From Takakia lepidozioides (taxonomy: Eukaryota; Plantae; Bryophyta), in contig CM060734.1 of assembly GCA_030704615.1 (NCBI GenBank), positions 63,426,001-63,490,000 on the forward strand: a stretch of 64,000 bases of DNA, written 5' to 3'. Below the pieces are notes generated by a model, which worked only from the letters and a program-made list of their open reading frames with translations, was not told the origin of the DNA and searched no databases. Of the stretch, positions 13,526 to 25,181 are shown piece after piece; within the stretch, counting starts at the first letter, position 1, and each line of letters begins with the position of its first letter. The position numbers and the translations under genes were made by a program.

Positions 13526-14865
13526 CCCATCATATTCTACTGATCAAGGTTTTTAGACTCATCTATAAAAGTAAGCCGTTTTCTTCGAGCTCTTCTAGCG
13601 CTTGTCACCATGGTCCATATCTTCAAAAGTGCCTGAATATTAGTAGGGGCTCTTCTTTGCTAAAGAGAGGACAAGTGATACCAGGTGATACCTTCAGCAA
13701 GGACATGGTGGCATCGTCCAGAGCTTTAATGGTTGATGTGTGCCGTACATTAAAACTCGGATTGCGGAAGGCTGGCGGAACTGTGCTTACTTGAGATAAC
13801 ACACATGAATATGAGTTGATTTCAGAGCAGGTCATGGTGAAACTCGCGCCTAGTGGCTTGGTCACAGATGTGGCTCCCATTTCATAACCCCGTCTTTATT
13901 TTTTGTGTTTATGGACTGGTATGTGATCAACTACATGCCATGGCAGCTCTTTGCAGCTTTTGGTGAATTAAGTGGTCAAGCTAAGACCAGCAAGAAGCCA
14001 TCAAGCTGTGCGGTGTAGCTAGCAAAATCAGAGTTATCTGGAAGGTCTACGGCTCTGGAGCGAGAACAAGAGCTTTGTGCTTCCTTTTGTTATGGACCTC
14101 TAGTTGTCCCTCAGGAGGTGAGACATCAGACTCCAGAAATGTAAGCAAGTCATCACTAAGAGCTAGAGTACGGAGTTTAAACTTCCATATGCTCCAGTTG
14201 GACTGCCCAGCAAGTTTGCTGGAAGAGAGGTTTCTTGCCGCCGAGCTAGCCATTGGTTGCATGGGGCTGGAACAATTGCAATGTGAGGGCAATGCTGGCC
14301 GTAGACATGGTTGGTGGTATCAGGCACCTTGACCATTATCAGGGCTTCAGGGTTATAAGGACGAAACAAGTGAGCCTATCGTACCCGTGGAGTTGGAGTG
14401 TTGGAGTGTGCGTGAGGGCAGCGAACACTTTGGCAAAAACAAGACAGTAAAATTGCAGATCGTTAGGAGTAAGTGGACAAGGAGAAATTGGTCTGCATGG
14501 GATTGATTTTCCATCATATACCAAAGATCTTATAAGTCATTGTTCATGGTGGATCTGAAGCTCATGAAAAGCAGCCTGTGTGCTAGTGAAATAGGGAAGA
14601 CCATCATGCCGTTAGCTACATTTATTTTTTATCATGAACTAGCGTTGTGACGAATTGAACTAGATCATTGAACTGATCGACAGAAGGCTGCCATTGCTCG
14701 TGGTTGACAAGTAGCTTGATGCGGCCTTTGTATATTCAAGGCAATGGTCGCTGGAGACGATTGAACAATTAGATTAAAATTGTCATTGGTTCTAGTTGGT
14801 AGTCGTGAACTGTGAAATCGTAGAGAACACGGGGAGTTGCGAACTAGTGACCAGCTATTTTGGCA

Positions 14866-15475
14866 GCTTCTCATTGTTGAATAATTGGGAGTTTAAGGCT
14901 CGCATGTGAGCCAGGCAGCGGGCCCCATGCACGGACGTCAGGCGCCCCTGGGTGACCCCGCCACCCGGGTGGGTCTGCCGCCAGGTATGGTCTGCCGCGA
15001 GACTCAGCCCGGGTGGGTCTGCAGCGAGGTAGGGTGACCCTAGGCGGCATTGGGGCTGATTGCGGCTGTTTTCTAGGTTAAGACACAAAAAAAATGTTGG
15101 GGTAGTAGCAAGCAGTGGGTAGTGTGGTGGTTGGGCGCATTGAGTAGTACCTATGAGTTGTGGATTCAACTCTGGTTGCGCCAAATGTGCATTAATGATG
15201 GTTCCGGCTGGCGTTGCGTTTGTATTAATGACCCTCTTTTTTACGGGCGAGTTTTTCCGCAAAAAATCCTAAGTCCCGCGGGCGAGCTGCGGCGCGACGA
15301 GCAGACCATTCAGACCCGTGAGCAGACCCGACCTGCCAGCAGACCCTGAGCAAACTAGACCTGAGCAGACCCGGACCCGCCGGGTGGTCGCGGGGGCGCC
15401 CGACATCCGTGCATGGGGCCCGCTGCCTGGCTCACACGTGAGCCTTAAACTCCCAATTATTCAAAAATGAGAGCC
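14866..15475. mobile_element. Mutator-like MITE
   Basis: ~80 bp TIRs (..CTCATT.TTGAATAATTGGGAGTTTAAGGCTC...); 9-bp TSD ATTTTGGCA at 14857-14865 and 15476-15484; GC-rich internal CAGACCC repeats. Confidence 0.88.
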
Positions 15476-15589
15476 ATTTTGGCATTGGTGAAAAAAAATA
15501 AAAAAAATATAAAAAAAATATTGATCCAATAAATATACAAAACGTATATTTGGGTTTATTGCTGCTGTGATTGACTCCATTTTTGGTGG

Positions 15590-16135
15590 GAAAGCTGCAA
15601 TTTTAGTTTTTAGGACCCGACCAAAAATCTATGGATTTTTTTGAAAAATAAAGTGGTGTCGGTTCTAAAATTGGCCAAATGCAATCCTAGTACACTACTG
15701 GGGAGAATTGGCTTGTATGCATTTGGGAAGTTTTGTATGTCTGTGATGTATGGCTGGAAGAGATAAGGAGACGGTTAAAGGGCTCATTTCCTCGTTGAGT
15801 CTTCAAGTGTGTAGAGAAAAAGTTTATGTTTCCCAAAGCACACAGACTGAGCTAAGTGGAAGCCTATTGGATGACCTTGTGGCATACTGGGACTCAAGCA
15901 AAGGGCAGAGTGTTGTGGGAGAGAGCAGTTCTGCAGCTCTAGGTGAAATACCAAAGTGGATGGAAGCTTGGCTTGGAACACATCCAAAGATAGCCTCGGG
16001 GACCAAGGTGTTCAGCCACAAGGCCGTGGTGTACTGGAGCAGAGGAGCAGGAGCTGGACAAGTTTTTGCACTCCGACATGATTGCAGCTGGACACGCGCT
16101 GCACGAAGCAACCACGAGCGGGAGTTCATGCTCGA
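15590..16135 (+). repeat. Conserved leader block, copy 1 (paralog of ~21035-21610)
   Basis: Clear nucleotide similarity, including an identical GTGTTCAGCCACAAGGCCGTGGTGTACTGGAGCAGAGGAGCAGGAGCT core. Confidence 0.85.
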
Positions 16136-16139
16136 ACCG

Positions 16140-17950
16140 ACAGCCAAGGAGTCGCTGGTAGCACCCCACACATGAAAAAAAAAACAAAAAAAAAACACAT
16201 ATCGCTCCTTAGGGGGCGCTGTTAAACAGCGTCGGGTAATTAGCGTAGGGACATGTACCGACCCCCAGGCCGAGGCGCTGATAGCACCCCAAAAATATTT
16301 TGCAAAAATACTCACAGCGACCCCCCATGGGTCGCTGTTAAGCAGCGTCAGGGTAATGTTAGGAAGTTGAAGCGACCCCCAAGAAGGTGCTGATAACACC
16401 CCCCAAAATATGGACAAAAAAGTCTGACAACGACGGCCTAAGGGTCGCTATCAACAGCATCGGGTTATTGTTTAGGGACTTGACGCGACCTCAGGGAAGG
16501 TGCTGATAGTAGTAGCGACCCCCAGGGAGTCACTAATATAACCATTTCTGATTAAATAGAATTTTAATGATTTTTAAATAAATATTATGATTTAGAATAC
16601 CTAGGATTGCGGATTTGAGGGGCGTAATGATTTTATTTTTGGCTCTATTTTGTTCTTTGAATTCAGACTTTGGACTACTACACCCGTGCAAAATATTGGA
16701 CCCCAAAAAAATGTATATATATATTCTTGGGTCACTATTGCAGAACTCTCTATAAAGAGTGCATGAAGTTGAAGAGAACTTAATCTTGGAGTGCAAATGA
16801 GGGAAGAAAATATGGTTTTGGGTCCAAATGATTTTTTTTTGCTGCGAAATTTTGCACACACATTGCACACGCTGTCATTAAGCATATGGATAGAGAATGG
16901 AACTAAAAAAAAATCATGTGCAGGCGAAACACAGTTTTCCGTCTGTACGACACGTAGTTGCGTTCATCACTTGAATGAGTATGCTTGTTTGCTTCTCACC
17001 AACCCTGAATGCAATATTGACGGGTACCTTAAATGATCTGAATGGAAACCCCTACCTTGAGCATTATGCCTGATTTGTGGAGGGCTATCTCTGCCCCCCC
17101 AACAATCCCTGAAAATAGCAATAGCACCTTCATGACATTTGCGTTGGGTTGTCATAGCACTGAGAATTGAAATGCAATTGTGTATACAGAGAAGATATTC
17201 CCCAACGCTGCAAACTGTGCACTAGAATTGAAGTTTGCTTGCGGGTGATCCCTATCAAACCCCAAACATGTCTGATCATAGAGACATATTAAAATGATAC
17301 AATATTGGTTCAATGGACGACTTCTGATGGACAATAGGTGTGCTACCACAAATATAGGAATAAACTGCTTTATACACATGCAGTGGGTATCTGAAAATTT
17401 GGATGGCCTGACATGTACCTCAATCTCGTTCTCGGAAATGGGTGTAGGAATCTTGGGAGTTGTTCACACCAAATTCCACCTTCTGCACCATTTCATGACC
17501 CAGAACTCAGGGCACGTACATTGTAGACGCTGTCATTAAGCATATGGCTTGACAATGGAATTAAAAAAAAATCATGTGTAGTCGACCAGATCCGACACCC
17601 TACACATCGTTGCCAAACACCGTGGGGTTATCTTGAAACCCAAATAAAACTGGCAGCGACCGCCCGGGCGTCGATGGCACTACCCCAGGAAACATGGCGA
17701 AAGAAAAAAACACCTACGACCCCCTCGTGGTCATTGTTAAACACCCCCAATAAAATATTTGGGAACTACAACCGACGCTGGTAGCACCCCGCACAAATAT
17801 TGAAAAAATAAAAATAAAAACAAAACAACAACAGCAAGCGACTTCCAAGGGAACGCTGTTAAATAGCGTTGGGTTAGCGTAGGGACATGTACCGACCCCC
17901 AGGGAGGCATTGATAGCACCCCAAAAATATTTTACAAAAAAACTCACACC
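16140..17950. repeat. Repeat-rich DNA-transposon-like remnant with reiterated GCGACCCCC / GTCGCTGTTAA / TAGCACCCC motifs
   Basis: Motif clusters at ~16140-16530 and ~17640-17950; internal duplications (~16240-16320 vs ~17875-17950; ~16870-16920 vs ~17527-17578). Superfamily not assignable. Confidence 0.5.
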
Positions 17951-18330
17951 GAACGAGCATCAAGAAGAAATATTCACATCAATCGGATAATAAAATGTAT
18001 ACAAAGTGCATCATGAGAATATCTACAATGCCCTTCTACGCGATCCCGGTCTCAAAGCAACCCTAATTCTGTCACACACATCCTACTCATGCTGTATTTG
18101 GAGGTCCCAAGCATCTCGCGAGAACTCGTAGGATGCAAATAGCTCGGTGCCAGCCCTAATAGTCGTACTAGCACATGTCATCACAAACATGTGCATCCCC
18201 TCACAGTATGGGGATAAATGGAGGCTGGTGAAATTGGAGTGCAAGTACTTCAAAACCATATTGACTAACCCAAAAGACGTCTATCACTATGACATACAAC
18301 AATTTGCAACTGTTCTTGTCATATTGGCAA

Positions 18331-18681
18331 TGTCAAGTTAAATAAACACAGTGTAAAACTAACTAGAATAAAGCTAGTTATTTGTATTTAACACTTGGAT
18401 TTAGTTCAAGTGTTAAGTCAGGTGTCAAGTTTAGTTTGACACCTGAACCGTCTTATCTTCACGAGAGCGTCAGTCGTGCGGCTCATCTCTCTCGAGTTGA
18501 GCCTGCACGACCGAGCTCCTTCACCGTTCAGAATCTGAGTGTGCTTATGAAGGGAGGATAGGTTGTTGTGGGGTGGAGTCCCCATAGCTTGGGGTGCCCC
18601 TGGCTCGACTATTATGTTAAAGAGTGATGGTGTTGGTTTTCATGTTTCTTGTGTCAACAGTGTGTTCTTAGTTTCCTATCA
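18331..18681 (+). mobile_element. 5' terminal repeat 'A' (351 bp) of the putative DNMT/PHD Ty3/gypsy family
   Basis: TGTCAAG...CCTATCA; reverse complement of 40721-41071 with about 5 transitions. Confidence 0.9.
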
Positions 18682-18695
18682 CTCGAGAGAGATGA
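18681..18695 (+). promoter_or_regulatory. Putative self-primer binding site
   Basis: ACTCGAGAGAGATGA is the exact reverse complement of TCATCTCTCTCGAGT (18483-18497) inside the repeat. No TGG tRNA-type PBS is present. Confidence 0.75.
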
Positions 18696-21034
18696 CCTCT
18701 TACCTATGAGTGCAAGGTAGGAGTTGAGGGTTAGCACTTGTATGATTACATGTGTGTAAGTAATGCTTAGTTTGAGAAGCTTAAAAATAAAAATAAAAAA
18801 ATAAAACATGCAGGTTTCGATCATCGTTGGCTTCTGGGTATATAGATGGTCCATGGAGGCAGGCTGCATGGCAAGCAGGGGCAAAGAACTGGTCTCGTTC
18901 TACTGGTTGAGGATAGCGTTGGTTCTGGCATGAGGCCGCCGGGGCAGGATGGAGCTATACTGCGGGGAAGCAGCCTTCGTTTTGGTCAGTGAGGAGACAT
19001 CATGGTGTAGCAGCGATTGGCCGTTCAGAAACTGACCAAGTGCGAGACTTAAAGGGGTACCTATAATCGAGCAGATGAGTAGAACTTCCGTGCCTGGAGA
19101 TGGCCGGGCTGCTCGCCTTAGTTCGATGTGCACTGACCAGAAGCGGTCAGTGAGGTCGTGTGCAGGGTAACTGCAAGTGCCTCTTACCTTGTCATGCTCA
19201 TCGTCACACCCACACAAACGCAGGGAAGAAATGAGGTGGAAGCAGACGTGTATGTGTCAAACTTGGACTGCTTCCTGGGTTGGGGGATGTTGTCTGCGTT
19301 CGTGAGTTGTAGATAATGGGTTGCAAGGTAGAGCAATGTTGAGAGATTGGACAAGTCCGGTTCCCATGCTCTGAGTGTCGTGAGCAGTCCCGCACCTGCC
19401 CTGCCTCCTGGGTGCCAACACTTTTTGTTTTGTAAGATGAAGCTGACGAGTGGTGCAGGGTACAGAAAGACTTGGAGATTGAACATGTGACCGTAGCACT
19501 TCTCCGAGCCTCGGTGAGGCGCAGCAGCCGTGAAGGAAGAAATGGGAAAGAGTGACGTATTGTGCAGTCAGGAAAGGCAGCGGAAGAGCAGAATCTGATT
19601 GATTTTCTGAGGCTCCTCTGTAGGCAAAGCACATCTTTCCACTGAAGTTGGGCTGTAGCTTTTCTTGACGCATGTCGGCACATTGGCAGCTGTCACAGTG
19701 ACTATATCTTCTTTCTTAGCCTGATCAGAGTCTGGCAGTTTCTCTAGCATGTCTGGCTTTTGCTGCAATTGAACCGTACCAGGAGCAGGAACTCCAAGAG
19801 CTTCGAATGTGATTGGTAATGTTGAGGGGCTGTGGAATGAGCAAGAGATAGGAATACCAAGGACCTTGGTGTATTCTGCTGCCTGGTGGTGTCCTGCAGT
19901 GCAGCCATTCGTCCATTCATTGAATGCTGGAGGATGAGCAAACATGTGAAGTAGCTTTGTAACTTGTGAACCTGCCAGAGGAGGGAGCAAGGCCATCAAG
20001 AATTGAAGGGATGACTTGCGCTGACTAGAAGCTAGGGTTTGCAAGAGAGCAAACTGCTGCTGCGAAAGATGGACAGAGCAGAACTGTGAATAGGCTCGCT
20101 GGCGGATGGTTTGCTGAGGGGAGCGCCATAACTTAATGACTCTGGCTTCTGGAGAAGCGCCGGAAGAAGCAACATACGTGGTCTTGGGAAATGATCAATG
20201 CACTGGTCTGATCCAGAAATTTCCCTTCTTGCCTTATCGACATCAGTTCTGCCCAATAACCAAGCGAGTGTAGTTGTGGCACTTTGAGCGTCAATTGAAA
20301 GGCTTGTAAGCTGGAATCTGATGCGGCTTGAAGAATCTGACCGTGGAGGAATCAGATAAAAGGGAGCAGGGAAGGATGACAATTTAGGCATTAATGTGGT
20401 GTCATCTGAAACTGCCGGTCCCTTGAAGACAGAAGGGGCCCAGCTCACTACACGACCTGCTCGGTCTATGTGAACAATCCAGAACTTGAGGGCAGCGTGT
20501 GCCAACTCCATGTAAAGGGCTTACACAATCAGTGATAGCAGATCTGTTGCTGCCACCTTGAAAAATCAGCACGCATGAAGGGCTGTAAGCGTTCTTGATC
20601 AAAGCTAGTTAGCTCTGGTGCTTTCCGGGGTTGCATTGTAAGTGCTCTTGCTTTTGTTGGGAATATTGGTGCAAAGGATTAAGGCTCGGCATAGCTACGG
20701 ACCTCGACTGGAGGAGAGCAGGTCACTGGGAACCAAGAGCTGTGGGGGTGCATTTGTAAACACAACTGAAATCCTGGGAATTATAGGTCACGCTGCAAGG
20801 GAGTCTGTGGTGAGAACTACATGAACACGTTTGGAACCTCTTAGGATAACGTGGGAACAGCTTTCAATGGCGAGAACGTTTTGGTGTTTAAAATAATTAA
20901 AAACAAAACAAAAAACAAAAAACCCCTTTTGATCTAATTTAAATGATTTAGAGCCTAATTGGTCATATCTTTGTCATATGAGCTCCGTTTGACACAGTTT
21001 TTGAGGAGATAGCTGCAGAAAGGGGAAATCTACC

Positions 21035-21610
21035 TATGGTTTTAGTTTTTTGGACTCTGCTTAAAATCTATGGAATTTTTAGAGTGTGAGTGTGCCATGA
21101 AAGATCCACAATTCTGTTTCTAGAACCTGTTCTGGTCTATATGAGAGACAAATCTGTGGATGTCCTCCTTGTATGGCTGGGGGAAATGAGGATGTAATTG
21201 AAGGGCAGGTCTCTTCTCTTAGCCTGTGCACACAAGGGGACAAGATTTATGTTTCCCAAGGGGCTCAGATTGATTTGAATGGAGAGCAGTTGGGCGAGTT
21301 GATTGCATACTGGGAGTCAGGCATTAGCAGTAGACAACAAACTGCCGTAGTTGGCGTTGAGGGCCTCAATATCGCTTTGGACAGTCAGAACTCTGTTGGA
21401 GCCAGCAGTTCTGCAGCTGTAAGTGAAATACCAAAGTGGGTGAAAGCTAGGCTTGGAACACAGCCAAAGTCAGCCCCGGGGACCAATGTGTTCAGCCACA
21501 AGGCCGTGGTGTACTGGAGCAGAGGAGCAGGAGCTACACAAGTTTGTGCAATCAGACATGGTTGCAGCCGGACACGCTCTACACGAGGCAACCACGAGCG
21601 GGGGTTCATT
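21035..21610 (+). repeat. Conserved leader block, copy 2
   Basis: Paralog of ~15590-16135, at a similar distance from its own A repeat. Confidence 0.85.
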
Positions 21611-24600
21611 AGCAATGAAAAGTTTGTGCTGCTTGAAGGAGATGCAGTCATTCGCAATGAGGACACCCGCAACCGTCTCAAAGCTTTCGAGTTGAGAGAC
21701 TGTCAGACCCTACCTTTATTTTCTTTAGTGTTCAGTGAGCGGGAGATATGGGAGTATTACTTTGTCTCTACCTGGCAAAAAGAGGAGGAGGGTTGGTTAG
21801 AGCGAGCTACTGTAGTTTGGGACAAGGTTAGTGGCAGGTTTCTAGACATAGATATACCTCCTGGGTAGAAGCATGGTACGGGCCATCCAAAAGCGGCAAC
21901 TTGCAGTCCATAAAAAATGGACATATGAAGTAGAAAACGTAGCACGCGGGAACGAAGTCGGAAAAAGTTGAATTTATTGTAGCCGTTGATTGTTTTTGTA
22001 CATCAAGTTATTACCGTCGATTGGAGGTCGCCTTCATCGGGGGGTGGCTGGAAGATGGCTGGTCGTGTTGGGCTAGACTGAAGCGCGGGGACGACGAGCT
22101 GCCATGTATGACGCGCGATGCGCAACTAGAAGCTAGCTAGGACGTACGAGTTGATTGGGATTGGGAATGTGAAGAGATTGGGAAGAGATTGGGAATGTTT
22201 GATCACAAAAGTTTGCTTACCATTTTGTAAGATTTTTAGGGTTTAGCTTGTGATTGTTTCATCAACTCTACGCATGCGTGAAGTTCATTTCCATTTCTGT
22301 GTTTCTATGGGCGCGCTTGGGTGGTGGTAGCAGAGGAAGCGGGCGATGCGAGCAGAGCTCATAAAGTGCAACATTGTGTGTTGCTGCCATAGCAGCAGAG
22401 GCACGAGGGTAGAGGAGTAGAGGAGGAGCTTGGGCGGGGGTGCTCGGGTGTGCCATCGCTGGAAAAGCACTTCATTGTTGCCTGACTCTACCCTTGGTAA
22501 GTTTCGTTCAAGTTCGTGGCCAGTCGATTTGGTGTGCGGCATATCTGGAATTAGGTTCCTACAAGCATGAATGTTTCTGTCGTAGCGCCTGGAAAGAGAT
22601 GGCAGATTGCCATCCAAATGATGATCATGACTAGTAACTTTCCACTTGAACTCTACAAGTACGAGCCACCGCTGCGATCTTTCACGCCTGATTCTATACT
22701 TCTTGCATTGTGCATTTGAACACAGGTGGTTAATTGCCTTTCTTGAATCTTGACAGTGATGCCTGTTTTGTTTATCATTCTCTATGGTGTGTTCTTTGTT
22801 GGGTTGGTATTTCTCCATTTTTTTCCCTGCCCAGAGAAGGATATACTTACGTCTTGTTAGTGTCTAGTTGAGCTAATTTTTGGAGCTACATGCTAGCAAT
22901 TCATGTTGTAAAACCCTACAAATTTAGGCTGCACAGTCATTCATACATGACAGTTTGTATGTGACCATTACGGTGAGGGTACCTGCACGATGATTGATCA
23001 CAAAAGCCTGCTTACTATTACCTTTGTGAGGGGCTCACTCCAGTAGTTGGAGCTACCTTGATATAAACAATTGGTTGCATCAATCTGTTGTGTCTAAGCT
23101 ACCTAGCAATTAGACCCCAACAGGGCCAGGGCCTTAGGCTCAGAATCGATACTTTGAAAGTTAGTGAACAGAGGTGCAAGCACTATACGGTCCTGAAGAG
23201 GGTGGCTCTCTGATGAGAATACCCGGGACATTGTTTTAGAAAATGGGTATTGCCTTCAGCGCGCCCACACATCGAGCATTGACAATCTCCCTTTCCTGTC
23301 TGCATGTGTTATTTGTTCAAGAATTGACCCCCCGCCCTGGGGTTAAATTGTAGTTTAATGCTGAGGATAGGTAGGCCTTTCAGCCTAAGGTTCACCCATG
23401 TCACAAACTGGAAACAAGTTCAGGGATGTTTATTCCTAACTTGTTTTTGTTCAAGCATTATTCATGCTTCGGACGTGGCTTTAGACACTTCAGCCTCCAA
23501 GTGAGCTTCATCCAGCAGGGTCAGTTCTTCCTGCCCAAACTTCAGGTACTTGAAACATCTCCTCTACATTTTTCTGCCATGACTTCAAACTGTTTAACAG
23601 GACGGTCTTGCTTCCAAGAAATAGAGTCTTTCATCTTAGGGTATCTGGTATTAGGCACTGAAAGCTGAATGGATTTTAAAGTTTTAGGCATGGTGGGAGT
23701 TGCTCTCTCACACGGCAATGCCTACTCCAAGGTAGGCCAACATGGTCGTTGTAACTTCAGTATTAATCCGTCTGCAGTGGAAACATTTGAGTGAGAATAT
23801 CCAAAGTTTGTATTTAGTTGTTTGACCTGTTTTGTGTATGTTCATCATAGTTACAACTGGAGGAGAACTCCACAGCAAGATATGTGCTGGAAGGGAGCAC
23901 ACAATTGTGGCATTTAATGATCGTGGGGAGGGATGAGGGGATCTGGCCTAATCTGGCCTACCATGCAGACTTGTGAACTGTTGTTGCTGGCTGGTTTCAA
24001 GTGAGACTGCATGCCCTTTTTTGTCAAGTTGCATTTGTATATGGCTTGTACCAAATGTGGTCGTTGTTATAAAAGGGACGATATCAGCGAGGTAGGGGAA
24101 GAGTAGCAGATGTAGCATAGGTAGCTGAATGTAAAGTTTGTCACACTGGTAGTGGGTACCAAGTCCAGTCTATTCAAACAAGTGAACAGACCCCTGAGTT
24201 TGTGTCACTTATCTTTGTTGTTATGACTTCAAACTACTCTCCAACGAGCTACCCTTTTTGTGTTATAGTGAGGGGGGCAAGTGGATCCCATTTTTGGAGA
24301 CCTGGACAATAACCTATTTTCTAGTGTGCAGAAGAAGGGCCCAACAGTGTGATTGTTGATTGCCAAGGAATTTTGAGTGTCTGTGTTGAAAATGTTAGGT
24401 TTCTCTTGCTGCCATGTTAGTCCTTGAAGAATTTACATTTTACTATCCTCTGATTCCATCTGCTTGCCTGCATATGTTGTCACATTTGTGGGGCTACTAT
24501 TCAACAAGTTTCAGCTGTTTGTGCAGCTGATTTGCGGGATGGCAGGTGGCCTGCGGCTCTCCCTCACGCTACCTCCCACCACATCTTGCAAAAGCATTAC

Positions 24601-25181
24601 AGGTGTGGCACCCCCTTAGCTTTTGTGCAATCTGGTGTTCCCTACTCATATTTTCACTTTTATTGCGTACCTCATAGCCTATGTGGGGTAGAGGGGTAGC
24701 ACGTGACAACCCAGCTCATCCTTGCGTACCTAATTACCTAAACTGAACCATGACGCTAGATTGAAGGAACTTGTCCCTTCTGTCAATCATTGGTTGGGAT
24801 CGAAGAGGAATATGGCAATGCATATCATCAATATGTGAATGTTGATTCTCTGAAACTTCACCATGTGGGGGAATATAGAATTTGAAAACGTGTGGAAAGC
24901 AGGTTTGTCATCTATGTGGATCACTTGCACTTCTTGAAGGGGTAACTTGCGTTAACCAGAGACGATCCAGACTTGGCCTCTGATTGAAAAGGTAATTTCA
25001 TGTCAGAATTAGGTAGTATGGTTGTCATGAAGCTGGAAATGTCAGTAGGGTTTAGGGTTTGTTGGTTTGTTGGTTCTCATGAAGCTGGAAATGTCAGTAG
25101 GGTGTTGGTTTGTAGCTCCATCCTTGCCCCCTCATGTTGCTGTCTCCGTACATAACCAACCTGGAGTTGTAAAAAACTAGT

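Noticed and set aside
15750-16175. 141-aa and 231-aa (21173-21868) ORFs as a conserved protein family
   Set aside because: Differences between the copies are almost all non-synonymous in that frame.
18331-18681. Hammerhead ribozyme (retrozyme) in repeat A
   Set aside because: No CUGANGA...GAAA core found on either strand.
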